From: Eledone cirrhosa
Taxonomy: Eukaryota
Assembly (NCBI GenBank): GCA_964016885.1
Contig: OZ024740.1
Coordinates: 239,258,001 to 239,322,000 of the forward strand
Length of the DNA: 64,000 nt
Direction of reading: 5' to 3'
Positions 14,901 to 30,519 of this stretch are shown here, piece by piece (the stretch's first letter is position 1; every line of letters begins with the position of its first letter). The notes under the pieces were generated by a model. That model saw only the letters and a program-made list of their open reading frames with translations, searched no databases and was not told the DNA's origin. The translations under genes were made by a program, and so were the position numbers.

Positions 14901-17290
14901 AACAACAACACCGTCAACAACAACACCACCGACAACAACAACAACACCGACAACAACAACACCACCGACAACAACAACACCACCGACAACAACACCACCA
15001 CCGACAACAACAACACCACCGACAACAACAACAACACCGACAACAACACCACCACCGACAACAACAACAACACCGACAACAACACCACCACCGACAACAA
15101 CAACAACACCGTCAACAACAACACCACCGACAACAACAACAACACCGACAACAACAACACCACCGACAACAACAACACCACCGACAACAACACCACCACC
15201 GACAACAACAACACCACCGACAACAACAACACCACCGACAACAACAACAACAACACCGACAACAACAACACCACCGACAACAACAACAACACCGTCAACA
15301 ACAACACCACCGACAACAACAACAACACCGTCAACAACAACACCACCGACAACCACACCACCACCGACAACAACAACACCACCGACAACAACAACACCAC
15401 CGACAACAACAACACCACCGACAACAACAACACCACCGACAACAACAACACCACCGACAACAACAACACCACCGTCAACAACAACACCACCGTCAACAAC
15501 AACACCACCGACAACAACAACACCACCGTCAACAACAACACCACCGACAACAACAACAACACCGTCAACAACAACACCACCGACAACCACACCACCACCG
15601 ACAACAACAACACCACCGACAACAACAACACCACCGACAACAACAACACCACCGTCAACAACAACACCACCGACAACAACAACACCACCGTCAACAACAA
15701 CACCACTGTCAACAACAACACCACCGACAACAACAACACCACCGACAACAACAACACCACCGACAACAACAACACCACCGTCAACAACAACACCACCGAC
15801 AACAACAACACCACCGTCAACAACAACACCACCGACAACCACACCACCACCGACAACAGCAACACCACCGACAACAACAACAACACCGACAACAACACCA
15901 CCACCGACAACAACAACAACACCGTCAACAACAACAACACCGACAACAACAACACCACCGACAACAACAACACCACCGACAACCACACCACCACCGTCAA
16001 CAACAACAACACCGACAACAACAACACCACCGACAACAACAACAACACCGACAACAACAACAACAACACCGACAACAACAACACCACCGACAACAACAAC
16101 ACCACCGACAACAACAACAACACCGACAACAACACCACCACCGTCAACAACAACAACACCGACAACAACAACACCACCGACAACCACACCACCACCGTCA
16201 ACAACAACACCACCGTCAACAACAACACCACCGACAACAACAACACCACCGACAACAACAACACCACCGACAACAACAACAACACCGACAACAACACCAC
16301 CACCGACAACAACAACAACACCGTCAACAACAACAACAACACCGACAACAACAACACCACCGACAACAACAACACCACCGACAACAACAACACCACCGAC
16401 AACAACAACACCACCGACAACAACAACAACACCGACAACAACACCACCACCGACAACAACAACACCACCGACAACAACAACACCACCGACAACAACAACA
16501 CCACCGACAACAACAACAACACCGACAACAACAACACCACCGACAACAACACCACCACCGACAACAACAACACCACCGACAACAACAACACCACCGACAA
16601 CCACATCACCACCGACAACAACAACAACACCGACAACAACACCACCACCGACAACAACAACAACACCGTCAACAACAACAACACCGTCAACAACAACACC
16701 ACCGACAACAACAACACCACCGACAACAACAACAACACCGTCAACAACAACACCACCGACAACAACAACAACACCGTCAACAACAACAACACCGTCAACA
16801 ACAACACCACCGACAACAACAACAACACCGTCAACAACAACACCACCGACAACAACAACACCACCGACAACAACAACAACACCGACAACAACAACACCAC
16901 CGACAACAACAACACCACCGACAACAACAACAACAACACCGACAACCACACCACCACCGTCAACAACAACACCACCGTCAACAACAACACCACCGTCAAC
17001 AACAACACCACCGACAACAACAACACCACCGTCAACAACAACAACACCGTCAACAACAACACCACCGTCAACAACAACACCACCGACAACAACAACACCA
17101 CCGACAACAACAACACCACCGACAACAACAACACTACCGACAACAACAACAACAACACCGACAACCACACCACCACCGTCAACAACAACACCACCGACAA
17201 CAACAACACCACCGACAACAACAACACCACCGACAACAACAACACCACCGACAACAACAACACCACCGACAACAACAACACCAACGTCAA
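8947..17290. repeat. 8.3-kb 18-bp minisatellite, (AAC)3(ACC)2(GAC/GTC), with occasional 21-bp units; could encode Thr/Pro mucin-like TTTTPP
   Basis: Units built only from AAC/ACC/GAC/GTC triplets; roughly 460 units; ORF track gives NNNTTD, QQQHHR and TTTTPP frames. Confidence 0.97.
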
Positions 17291-18827
17291 CAAGTGCAAC
17301 AACGTGAGTAGCAGTAGGTGTAGCAACAAACCAGTAACAACAACATCAGAAATAGTAGTCTGCATAGCAACCATTGAAACCTCATAAACAAGAAGAGCCG
17401 CAACCTCCGTAACTCTCGCAGCAACTTCAGTATGATCGTTAGTAATGAAAGCAGCAACAACAGAGAAACTCTACCTACGTCGTTTGTCCTACTAGACATA
17501 GCAGCTAAATTCCTAGCTAATCACGCTCTTCTGTCTTAAAAAAAAGGAGCACACGTTGTGTAATATATGTGGTTCTAGACACGTTATGAAGAGATTTGGT
17601 GGTCATGGCACGTATATCTTTGATAACAGCTCTGAACTAAGAATGGCCAAGGGTTAAACAACAGCAACAACAAGCCAATAAAAGTGTCTCTACGTGGTTG
17701 CTCAATCTACTAGAAATAGCTACCAAATTCCCCCTTAGATGACACTTTACTGTGATAAAGAAAGGAAGGAGATATTAGATAATGAAGTCTTAAATATAAT
17801 ATCTTTGAAAGAAAGACTAGAAAGCATTCCCTAATAAGTTCGATCGATCTACAATAGCAACCACAACAATGCAAACAACTGCAGCAATATATGCAGTTGG
17901 CAGTTGTAACAATGGCAGCAATATATATATAAAAAAAAAAGCAACTCGACATCAACAGGATCAAAGGCACCCACCATAATTGTCAGATGTATCATAGCAA
18001 CAACAATGAGAACAGCTGTTGTTTTTAGTTATAGTCATGTTGTTGTTGTTTAGCCCTAGGTTAGCCTTGTTCGAACGGATATGATCAAAAGCATCCCAAC
18101 CACCAACGTTCTTCTTCTGCGAAAGGAAACCAAGATCATATTAATCAGCGTGTACCATTCTCTGGCGGTAACATGTAATTTGAGGGAACATTGCTTGCTA
18201 TTTCTAGTAGGTCAAGTAACCACGTTAAAATACCTGTACTAGCTTGCAGATAGTTGTTGTTATTGTTCACCCACCTAGCTGAATCGACCACGCTGTTTCG
18301 GTTGGCATTCATTTGTTACAGTCATTAAATACCAGCCAATTATCTTTCAAATAAGACCCTATATGTATTTGATACAGAGTGATCACAGCTATAACACATT
18401 CGAAGCTTGTTCAGTCATCACTGATTTGAGACTAAACAACAATAAAAATATTTTTACTTTAATTATGCAATGTAGTGACTAGATTTTTCTAACCATCACG
18501 TCAGGGACAAACTGTCAGTTCTTCTGGTCGAGATTTTCATGTGTCTTTAAGACTATTAGTTTTCAAGTTAGAAACAAATATAAAACACACACACACACAC
18601 ACATATATATATGTATATATATTATAAAATAACAGGAGGCTGGACTGGTGTAATTCTTTGAAAGGTTTATTATACTATGATCATTTCAATGACCGGGTTC
18701 AGTATGAATCCAGTGACATCATCTGGTATTTGAAATATAACAAAGGAATGTAATAGACAACATCCATGGGGCTGAAAATCAGAGAGATGAGGGCGACCGA
18801 ACATTTAGCAGCTTCTACCCTGGTCGG

Positions 18828-18867
<40 letters not shown>

Positions 18868-18871
<4 letters not shown>

Positions 18872-18962
18872 GTTTCTACTTTAGGCACAAGGCCAGCAAA
18901 TACCCAGTGCATTACTGGTACTTTATTTTATCGACCCCGTAAGGATGAAAGGCAAAGTCAAC
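18868..18962 (-). mobile_element. SINE 3' fragment
   Basis: Reverse complement of SINE body and tail (TGTTTCTACTTTAGGCACAAGGCC...); flanked by ATATATATAAT on both sides. Confidence 0.85.
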
Positions 18963-18970
18963 ACATATAT

Positions 18971-19085
18971 ATAATATAAGATCAAAAGATGGTTAAAAGA
19001 GATCCATCTTTTGATCTTATATTATTTATACTCGTCCTACAAATTGTAGAGTGCTACTTATACTACAATAAAACTCACCTCCTAC

Positions 19086-19087
<2 letters not shown>
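18971..19087. mobile_element. Deleted copy of fold-back element family A (see 39192-39525)
   Basis: 22-bp inverted arms 18971-18992 and 19004-19025; 19021-19087 is the reverse complement, with a deletion, of 39192-39283; ends in (TA)n. Confidence 0.8.
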
Positions 19088-19150
<63 letters not shown>

Positions 19151-19512
19151 GTATGTAAGATGATTAATATGAGAGAATAAGAGGTCATAGTGAACCGTAC
19201 ACGTTATAAGGTGATACTTATGTTATTTGAGACAATATGTTTCACATTATATATATTTGTACTTTGAATAATACGACTTGGTATTCAACGCTGTAGATAT
19301 TTGCTACTCTATAAATGCCCACTTGATTAGTTATGTTGACACACTTGAATTCCGTTTTCATATTCATATACTATGTGCTGTAAGTGCCTTACTTATCGCC
19401 AAATCAACACATTACAGAAACTAAACAAGCGAAGTTTACCTCAGACCAAAATTGGTAGGAGATACTAAGTGTTCATATGCTATTTCTTGCTATTACAATG
19501 AGCTTCAAATAG

Positions 19513-22270
<2,758 letters not shown>

Positions 22271-22443
22271 TACTTCAATACATAAACAGAGAAAGCCTTA
22301 AGCGATACTCCGACCAACTCCATCTCACTCAACAAACATTAGGATATACTTAAGTATTATCCCAATTTAGTGTTTGGGGTGCTAACTAATCAGTATTTCG
22401 TGGATAATTGGTTGTATTATTTTATATGACACATTATTAAAAA

Positions 22444-22632
22444 GGGTGGTGACTTGGCAGTATCGGTAGAGGGTCGGACGCCATGCTTTCCAGCATAGTT
22501 ACGTCCCTTTGCGGTCTGAGTTCAAATCCCACCGAGGTTAACTTTGCCTTTCATCCTTACGGGGTCGATAAAATAAAGTACCAGTAATGCACTGGGTAAT
22601 TGATGGCCTTGTGCCAAAAGTAGAAACAATTA
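22444..22632 (+). mobile_element. SINE, full length
   Basis: GGGTGGTGACTTGGCAGTATCGGTAG...GTAGAAACAATTATT; ATTATTAAA on both sides. Confidence 0.9.
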
Positions 22633-22918
22633 TTAAATAAATATCTCTTTCCTTCCAGACGGCCGTTTCGTTATAAGATTTCTACAATTTGGGATAAATA
22701 ATTTCCAGGTTATGTAGAAACTTGTATATAATCCCTAGTTTTATACACAAGCGGGCTCTTATAAACTCATCAATGGATGCCCAAATAATATCGATATAAG
22801 AATTATATCGACATCGATATAATGGTGATGGTCTCCCTCAGCGCTAAGAAGAGACTGGTAGATTAAAATCCAGCAGTTCTCCCAAATAATAATTACACGC
22901 TGTCCCCAAAATATATAC

Positions 22919-22959
<41 letters not shown>

Positions 22960-23040
22960 GTATATATGTATATATATGTATATAAATATATTTATATATA
23001 CGATATTGACAAATGGAAACTATATTTATAAAACCATATT

Positions 23041-23105
23041 TATTTCATTATACATATTTCAAGGATACCAAGTTAAATTATGGTATGCCTTCATCAGACA
23101 AAATA
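23041..23105 (-). ncRNA. Minimal type I hammerhead ribozyme (family B, single arm)
   Basis: Minus strand: TATTTTGT CTGATGA AGGCATACCA-loop-TGGTATCCTT GAAA TATGT ATA ATGAAATA; stem I pairs with two G-U; flanks match 59475-59617. Confidence 0.75.
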
Positions 23106-23443
23106 CAATATATACCAGTTTTATAAATAAACATTGACGTACTCTTTCAAAATGCGACCGTTACTTTTGGAAGACATCAGGATAGTGGTTTGTTTATTTT
23201 AGTAAGTCGTTGTGTTAAGGATAAGTAAAAAGAGAGAGAAACGTGGAGAGAAGAAGGGAGAGATAAATAAAGAAAAAAGAAAAAAGAAAAAAGAAAAAAG
23301 AAAAAAGTAAAAAGAAAAAAGAAAAAAGAAAAGAAAAACAGAGGAAAACAACAGAGAGACATCAAATACTTGTCGAGTATATAACTTGTCAGTTATAAAA
23401 ATATTTGCTTGTTGTATTCCAACAATTTAAATAGAACTTTTGC

Positions 23444-23446
23444 ATA

Positions 23447-23513
<67 letters not shown>

Positions 23514-23716
23514 GTATATATATATATATGTGTATATATATGTATATATATGTATATATATATATATGTATATATATATATGTATATATATGTATGTATA
23601 TATATGTATATATATATATGTATATATATATATGTATATATATATATATGTACATATATATATATATATATACATATATACATATATACATATATATATA
23701 TATGTGTATATATATG

Positions 23717-23751
<35 letters not shown>

Positions 23752-23880
23752 GTATGTATATATATATATGTATATATATATATGTATATATATGTATATA
23801 TATATGTATATATATATATGTATATATATGTATATATATATGTATATATATATATGTATATATATGTATATATATATATG

Positions 23881-23925
<45 letters not shown>

Positions 23926-23937
23926 GTATATATATAC

Positions 23938-23981
<44 letters not shown>

Positions 23982-23985
23982 ATAT
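23444..23985. repeat. Degenerate (TA)n tract
   Basis: Visible directly. Confidence 0.95.
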
Positions 23986-24022
23986 GATAAAGAACACAAG
24001 AGCGTCTACAACATCAAAAGAT

Positions 24023-24082
24023 TTTTATTGGCTTACAATGTTTCTTCCTTACGTAACCGTAGGATTCGTCAGAGCTATAAAA
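24023..24082 (-). ncRNA. Minimal type I hammerhead ribozyme, likely in a Penelope pseudo-LTR or UTR
   Basis: Minus strand: TTTTATAGCT CTGACGA A TCCTACG GTTA CGTAAGGA A GAAAC ATT GTA AGCCAATAAAA; both core boxes, stem II, GUA site and imperfect stem I present. Confidence 0.78.
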
Positions 24083-25223
24083 GGGGTTTGATTGGTGTTA
24101 TGGACTCTACCAACCAAACATTCAAGAACAAAGAGTAAAGAGAGTAAAGAGCAAAAGTAGGGGACGATAAGTCTAATTTTGGTGCGGGAGGATGGGGTGT
24201 GGGTCCTTGTTTACTAGCTGCGGTCATATTCATTCCCGGGAGTCGAGTGGTTAGCTGAACCATAGATGGGGTGGCGTCGATAGTAGGGTGTAGAGGGTGT
24301 GCAGAGGCTACACACACACAAAGGGCATACAATATATATATATAACGGAGGAGAAAGTACATGAGGTAATTAGAAATGGAAAACGAGTAATAATAATAAT
24401 CTATAATTAATAATGTATAATAAGGCATGGGGAAGATTACACTATAATAAGGTATAAAAGTAAGAATAAGGTAAAATATAAAGGAGGATAAAAGTGAAAA
24501 TAAGAATAAAGATAAAAAATATATATATAAAAAAATATATAGAGAATATATAAAGAAATATAAGCAAGTATTTGAAGGGGAAAACACAATGTAAAAAAAC
24601 CGGGAGAAAACGGGATAGAGAAATATGATCAAATGTGATTAGTTGAGAGAATATAAGATGATAATAGTTATGTCAAGTTTATACATCTTAATAATAAATA
24701 ATCTGTATATCAGAGTTACAGAACCTTCAATTCACTTACAGGTTCAAGCCACGTGGCATAGTCCATTGTTTATCTGTGCGGTCATGTGCGTTTGTTTTTG
24801 ACACCGCATCAGATGCACAAGTTCGTAAATTCCAATGCAGATAGAAATCTATCTTTGCTCACCAAGACATTGATCCAATATTCCTAGTTCAATATGTGTG
24901 TGGTGTTATTTTGGTCGCACAAATCAATCACTTGGTTCAATATTATGGAGTATGGTTTTCTGGTCTTCGTAACAGTGTCAGTGGTTGTATATCTGGAAAT
25001 CACAAGGATCACAGTACTCCGGTTTGGTGTGATTATCGGTCATCCAACTATGTTGTCGGTGGTTGGATTCAATTCTATGCCCCGAACGTAGAACTTTGGT
25101 GTCGATTGAACATTAACGAGGCAGAGTGAGATCGCATCTGTGGTACAAAACGGTACGCAAGGAAATTCTTCGTCTTCGTTTCATCCGGGTCCATGTATAT
25201 ATATATGTATATATGTATATATG

Positions 25224-25256
<33 letters not shown>

Positions 25257-25297
25257 GTATATATATATATATGTATACATATGTATATATATATGCT

Positions 25298-25330
<33 letters not shown>

Positions 25331-25696
25331 GTATATATATATATATATATAAAACTGAGTATGTCTGTCTGTGTGTGTGTGAGTTTGAATCCCTAAAACT
25401 CGAGAACCACCCAACCGACTGTTTTCAAACTTTACACATGTAATACTTATGTTTCAGGGAGTGTTATGAGCAAAAATAATTTCAAATTTTCAATGTCCTA
25501 AGGACCGCATTAGGCGATTTAGCGATCTCCCTCTATAATTCTTAGTCTTTCACTTTTTAGATAGATACATACATATAACGTCGCGCCCTTATATCTGTCT
25601 GTATGTCTGGCTGTCTGCATTACGTCATCCCATATGCACACATATACACCCCCCCCACACACACACTTATATATATATATATACACGCATACACAT

Positions 25697-25754
<58 letters not shown>

Positions 25755-25949
25755 AGTATCTGTGCATGTACAATCTTAAACAACAGTATCTATGTATGGA
25801 CATATGCATAAGTATGTGTTGCCATAGGAGTCGATCGAGGCAGGGGTAGGGGTGGTTATTGTGTAGGGGGTGGTTTACCGTGGGCTCGATGTGGCGGGGC
25901 CACTATCCCTATATCTTGAGGGAAGTTCCCATCCCAATGTGCTGTTATT

Positions 25950-26695
25950 GTCCATATAGCTTGAGGAAGGTCCCGGCCCTGAGGTGTCTACATGTCCCGA
26001 AGAAGTCAGTTCTGAGGTTTATCAGCCTGCTTCCACCGCTGAGTATCTCGAGGGTCAGTCATAGTTTGCAGATGCCAGATTCCCCTTTATCAGGTGGTAC
26101 TTTCCTGATTTTGGAGCAGGCCAGAGAGTACGGGGTCTTGTCCAGCTTGAGCTTCTAGATCAGTTCAGAAAGAGCCGTACTTTTCCTTTTGTCCTCCCTA
26201 TTAAAGGAATGGCGGTGGTTATACCATCGGTCTTTAAAGCTCGTTGATGTGGCTCCTATGTAAAGGTGTTCAGAGTTGGGGTTTTTTACTCTACATCCGT
26301 ATATTCAGTTCTTCCTTAGGCATTCATTACTAAGGGGGCATAATGCGGAGTTTCTGCAGTTGCAGGAGGTGGTCGACCTCCGAGTGCCTAATGTGGGGTT
26401 CCCGTTGCGTATTATATGGTGGTCCTCCCCCGGGCCCGGTGGGTGGGGGTGGGGGTGTCTCTGGGTCTGTTTGGGTTTCCAGGGTGGGTACTGGGTCCAC
26501 CCTTCTTTCCCTCCACATGGTTCTGCTGGATGCTTATATTGCCAGCTTTTGGTTCTGTGTGGTTTTTAAGTCTACCCCTATTGATGCTAGCTATGTGCTG
26601 GGCCACATTTAGCGTGGTAGAATACGAGAGCTTCACAGTGTGTCTGTTGAAGATCTTGCGGTATCTATGGTCCCTCGGGAAGAATTTATCTTGTG
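25950..26695 (-). pseudogene. Penelope-like element remnant: linker plus C-terminal GIY-YIG endonuclease, disrupted
   Basis: FPRDHRYRKIFNRHTVKLSYS, CNCRNSALCPL..C, IYGC...LYIGATSTSFKDRWYNH; homologous to the C-terminus of ORF 47943-49118; stops and frameshifts. Confidence 0.85.
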
Positions 26696-27276
26696 CTCTA
26701 ATTTCTTGTCTGTCTGTACCGTGAAATCCCATTGCACCTTCACTTGATCGTTTTCTATCACCGACTCTGGCTTATGCTCATACTTCCCAGAATGTGATAA
26801 ATTGTTTAGTTTGGATAAATACCAGCGAATCATTTTTCCTATTGTATCATGCCTCCAGTCTTTATAATGAGTTTGGGTTAGATGCTTACACTCGGATACG
26901 ATGTCAGCAACAGTCTCCTCTCTCTCCACAGATCCTACACAGTGAGCTAGCCTCCTCCTTGTCAATATGGTGTTTCACTCGCTTTGTTCTGAGGGCTTGT
27001 TCTTGTGCAGCCACTAACATTCCTTCTATAGGTTTTTTATGGTCTCCTCTCTTTAACTAGCTCCACGTCTGTGGTTCTCTGAATTCCGTTTTCTTAAAGA
27101 AGGTGCTATGAGGGGATTTTTCATGAAGGTTGCTCTTCCTCTTTGTTGTTATTTCCTCCTTAGACATCCCCTGTACAACTTTGAGCATTGGCTCCCTACT
27201 CTCAGACACATATTTGTGCAGATTGTTTTTCTCTCTCTGAACACAGTCTTCTATGCTGATAAGACCTCTTCCACCT
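26696..27276 (-). pseudogene. Dong/R4-type LINE fragment (post-RT region with CCHC knuckle)
   Basis: GGRGLISIED, AAQEQALRT, CRICG...ECKHL...WRHD, EHKPESVIEN..VQWDFTVQTD. Confidence 0.85.
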
Positions 27277-27470
27277 TGGATTGGCAGTATCGGTAGAGGG
27301 TCGGACGCCATACTTTGCAGCATAGAGTTATGGCTCTTTATGGTCTGAGTTCAAATCGCAACGAGGTTAACTTTGCCTTTCATCATTACGGAGTGGATAA
27401 AATAAAGTACCAGTAATACACTGGTATAATTGCTGGCCTTGTGCCTAAAGTAGAAACAATTATTATTATT
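27277..27470 (+). mobile_element. SINE with (ATT)n tail
   Basis: Same head, body and tail as other copies. Confidence 0.9.
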
Positions 27471-27474
27471 ACTA

Positions 27475-30400
27475 TTGTATTTATCTTGCTTTATGTTCAT
27501 ACGAGTTATCACCAAGTCACAGCCAGTGACCTCAAGAGACAACAAGGTCCGCCATGTTCAAGAAAGAACATACATACTCACACATGCATCTTTAGGTGTT
27601 TAGACTTGTGATGTACTTATATTGACAGAATCTTCCTTAGTATATGGACAGTTCCCATTAGTACTATCTTTTGTATTTCTCCTATACGCGGGTTTCCTGG
27701 GATTTGCGATAAGTAATCATTAGACCCCTTAGGTATCATTCCTATAGCGCCTAAAACCACTGGTATTGTTTTAGTTCTCAACTCCTACATTTTTTCCAAT
27801 TTCTATCTCCAGGTCTTTATATTTGCTCAATTTTTCAAATGTTTTTATAAATACATTCTTGTCTATTGGAACGGACATACCAATTAGCAGGTATGCCCTC
27901 TTTTTAAAGTCCTTCAGTATTATATCAGGTCTATTTGCATCTATTTTTCCTTAATCAGTCCTTCAGTCTCCGATTTCAGTCCAGAGGATGCCAACCACTG
28001 ATGGGTTAAAGTTTTGTCAACATCAGGATTGTTAGTTCTTTCTGGGTATTTTCTATACAGAAGCTTTTCTTGCCATTTCTTAGCCAGTTTCTGTAGCAGT
28101 TCTTTCTTTGCAGTTACTTTTACTTGCTTTGCTTTTTCAGTGATTTTCATTTCATCAGTTAATGGAACTTCTGAAATTTGTAGTTCATTACTGTATCTTT
28201 GTGCATGTTTTGTAATTTAATATGATCTTTTGATCTTCCAATCATGGGATTCCCTTAGATACGTAGATAATCCAATTGTTGCAGTTTTCAAAGCAATATC
28301 TAATTGGATTAATCCACCTCCTCCTTCTTTCCTAGGGAGGTATATTCAATCTGAATCTGCCTTAGGTTGATGCATTCTGTGCATGGCTAAGAATTTTCGA
28401 ATTTTTGTATCGAGCCTACGGATCTCTATGCTTAACCAGTTGATGACATTGAAACTGTAGATTACTACTGGTATGGCAAGCGTGTTTATGGCATCGATCC
28501 TATTCCTTGCATTCAAATCCGTTAATTAAGATTGCTCTTACTCTGCGGTAACATCCTTTCCCACATTGTCGAGTGTTTGATTCCGTCTCCTTCACAAACA
28601 CCTAGATATTTGTAAGTTTCCTCTTGATCAAGTTCTCTTATCACATTCTCTCGATCAAGATTAATGTCTGAACTTCTCAGCAGCTTTCCTTTGGTGAACG
28701 TTGCTTTGGCGCATTTATCTAGTCCAAACTCCATTTTAATATCATCACTGAACTGCTTCACAGTGGATAATAGCCCAGTGGATAATAGCTCATCATTTTT
28801 TGCAAATAGCTTCAGGTCATCCATGTAGAACAAGTGATTAATGGTTTTGTCATAGACTTTAAATCCATGTTTTGTTTCATTGAGCATTTTACTTAATGGT
28901 ATAAGTGCGATGCAGAATAAAAGCGCTGATAAAGAGTCACCCCGAAAAATTCCACAATTAATATTAACTTCTCCAGCTTCCAGTGATTTTGTTTCACTAT
29001 TCAAAAGGTGTGTCGTTTTCCATGTCTTCATACTGAATGAAAAGAACCTCCTGACAACGGGGGATATTTTGAAAATCTCTAAACATTTTTCAATCCAACT
29101 GTGTGGCAAACTATCGAAGGTTTTTTTATAATCTATCCAAGAAATTGATAGATTTTTGTGTCTATTATGACAATCTTCCAGTATCATTTTGTTAACAAAA
29201 AGCTGATCCTTTCAGCCATATGAGCCTCGTTTTTACCCTTTCTGCTCATTGGGAAATAGGTCATTTGTTATCAGGTGGTCATATGTGTATTCAGTTAGGA
29301 CTGATGTTAAAATTTTATACATTGTGGTCAAGCAAGTTATCGGTTTGTAATTTTTGGGATTGTTTGTCTCATCATTCTTCGGAAGCAGGACTGTAATGCC
29401 GTTAACTAGCCATGATGGTATCTTTTCTGGCTCCTTAACTATTTCATTGTAAAGTTGGGCTAACAGCTCATGAGACGCTGTGAAGGCATTTATCCAAAAA
29501 TTTGGTATTTTGTCTTTTCTTGGGGATTTCCATTTGCTGGTTTTTCTAAGAGCCAAACGCAACTGTTCAACTGTTATATTTTCCCATATTTGTTCCTCAA
29601 GGTGAGCTGTATCTTTCATTTGTCTGTCTATCTATGGGGCATGTATATTATGAACTTTTTCTTCGGCCCAGATCTTTTCCAAGAATTCTTGCACTTCCTC
29701 CTTGGGTGGTATTGATTTAGCAGTTATTGTTGACTTACCAATTTTTCTGTAGAAGTTTCTTTGGTTGTTTTTGAACATATTATTGTCCTTATATAATCTA
29801 GATCGTTTTTCAAAGCGCCTTATACGAGCAGCTTTGGCCGACACTTTTTGCTTGATTATTTCTATCAGCATGTCCATGTCACTTGTTGATTTTATACTGT
29901 ACTTTTTTTTCAATTTTCTAAGTTTAGTTTGTTTAACATGTTCACCTACTTTATAGTTTGTTAAAATTTCTATGTCAGATCGGAGAAGGTTTATTTGGCG
30001 ATTGATGTTCTCTTGCCAAGTAGATTTCTTGTGGGAATTCCTTTGTTTTTTCATCTTCACTCCACATAAATGAGTGGTGACTTTAGCCGATGCATAATAG
30101 AGATGATTTAAATCAGTAATGTTTAGTTTGTTTGTGATGATAATGTTTTTGAGAATTATGTTAGTCTTGTGTATTATCTTTTGGTTCTGTTTGGAGTTCT
30201 GGATCTTAACAACAACTCTCGTTGCCCCATGTCAGATTCTTTCATTTTCATCCATTCGATCATAATTTCATCCTTCAAGTTGGCAAGTTCATTCTCATTC
30301 ATTTCTTTATCATTTACGATCTCATTATTTTCATTTGGAGTTTCATCTTGAGCATGCACTCCCTCCACTTTTTCGATCCTTTCTTTAATTTGTTCTGTTG

Positions 30401-30519
30401 CCAGTGATTCCGCCCCAACCCTGGGATTCGAAGTGTTACAATTTACCTCGTTTTCACTGACACATGTTTCATTTTCCCTTCGCTGACTTTGTGCTAATAG
30501 CTTTGTGCTAATAGCTTGA
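27475..30519 (-). mobile_element. Dong/R4-clade non-LTR retrotransposon (RT + restriction-like endonuclease), 5'-truncated and decayed
   Basis: ORF pieces with WKSPRKDKI, YKPITCL, WIDYKKTFDS, GIFRGDSLS, FYMDDLKL, YKYLG, WLASSGLKSETEG, then ANRPDII...KLSKYKDL...PVVLGAIG; lies between ATT/TAA repeats. Confidence 0.9.

Noticed and set aside
8187-17374. Minus-strand 2993-aa (GGVVVV) and 2809-aa (SVVLLL) ORFs, and the + strand QQQHHR ORF
   Set aside because: Shadow frames of the 18-bp array with no unique domains; not credible proteins.
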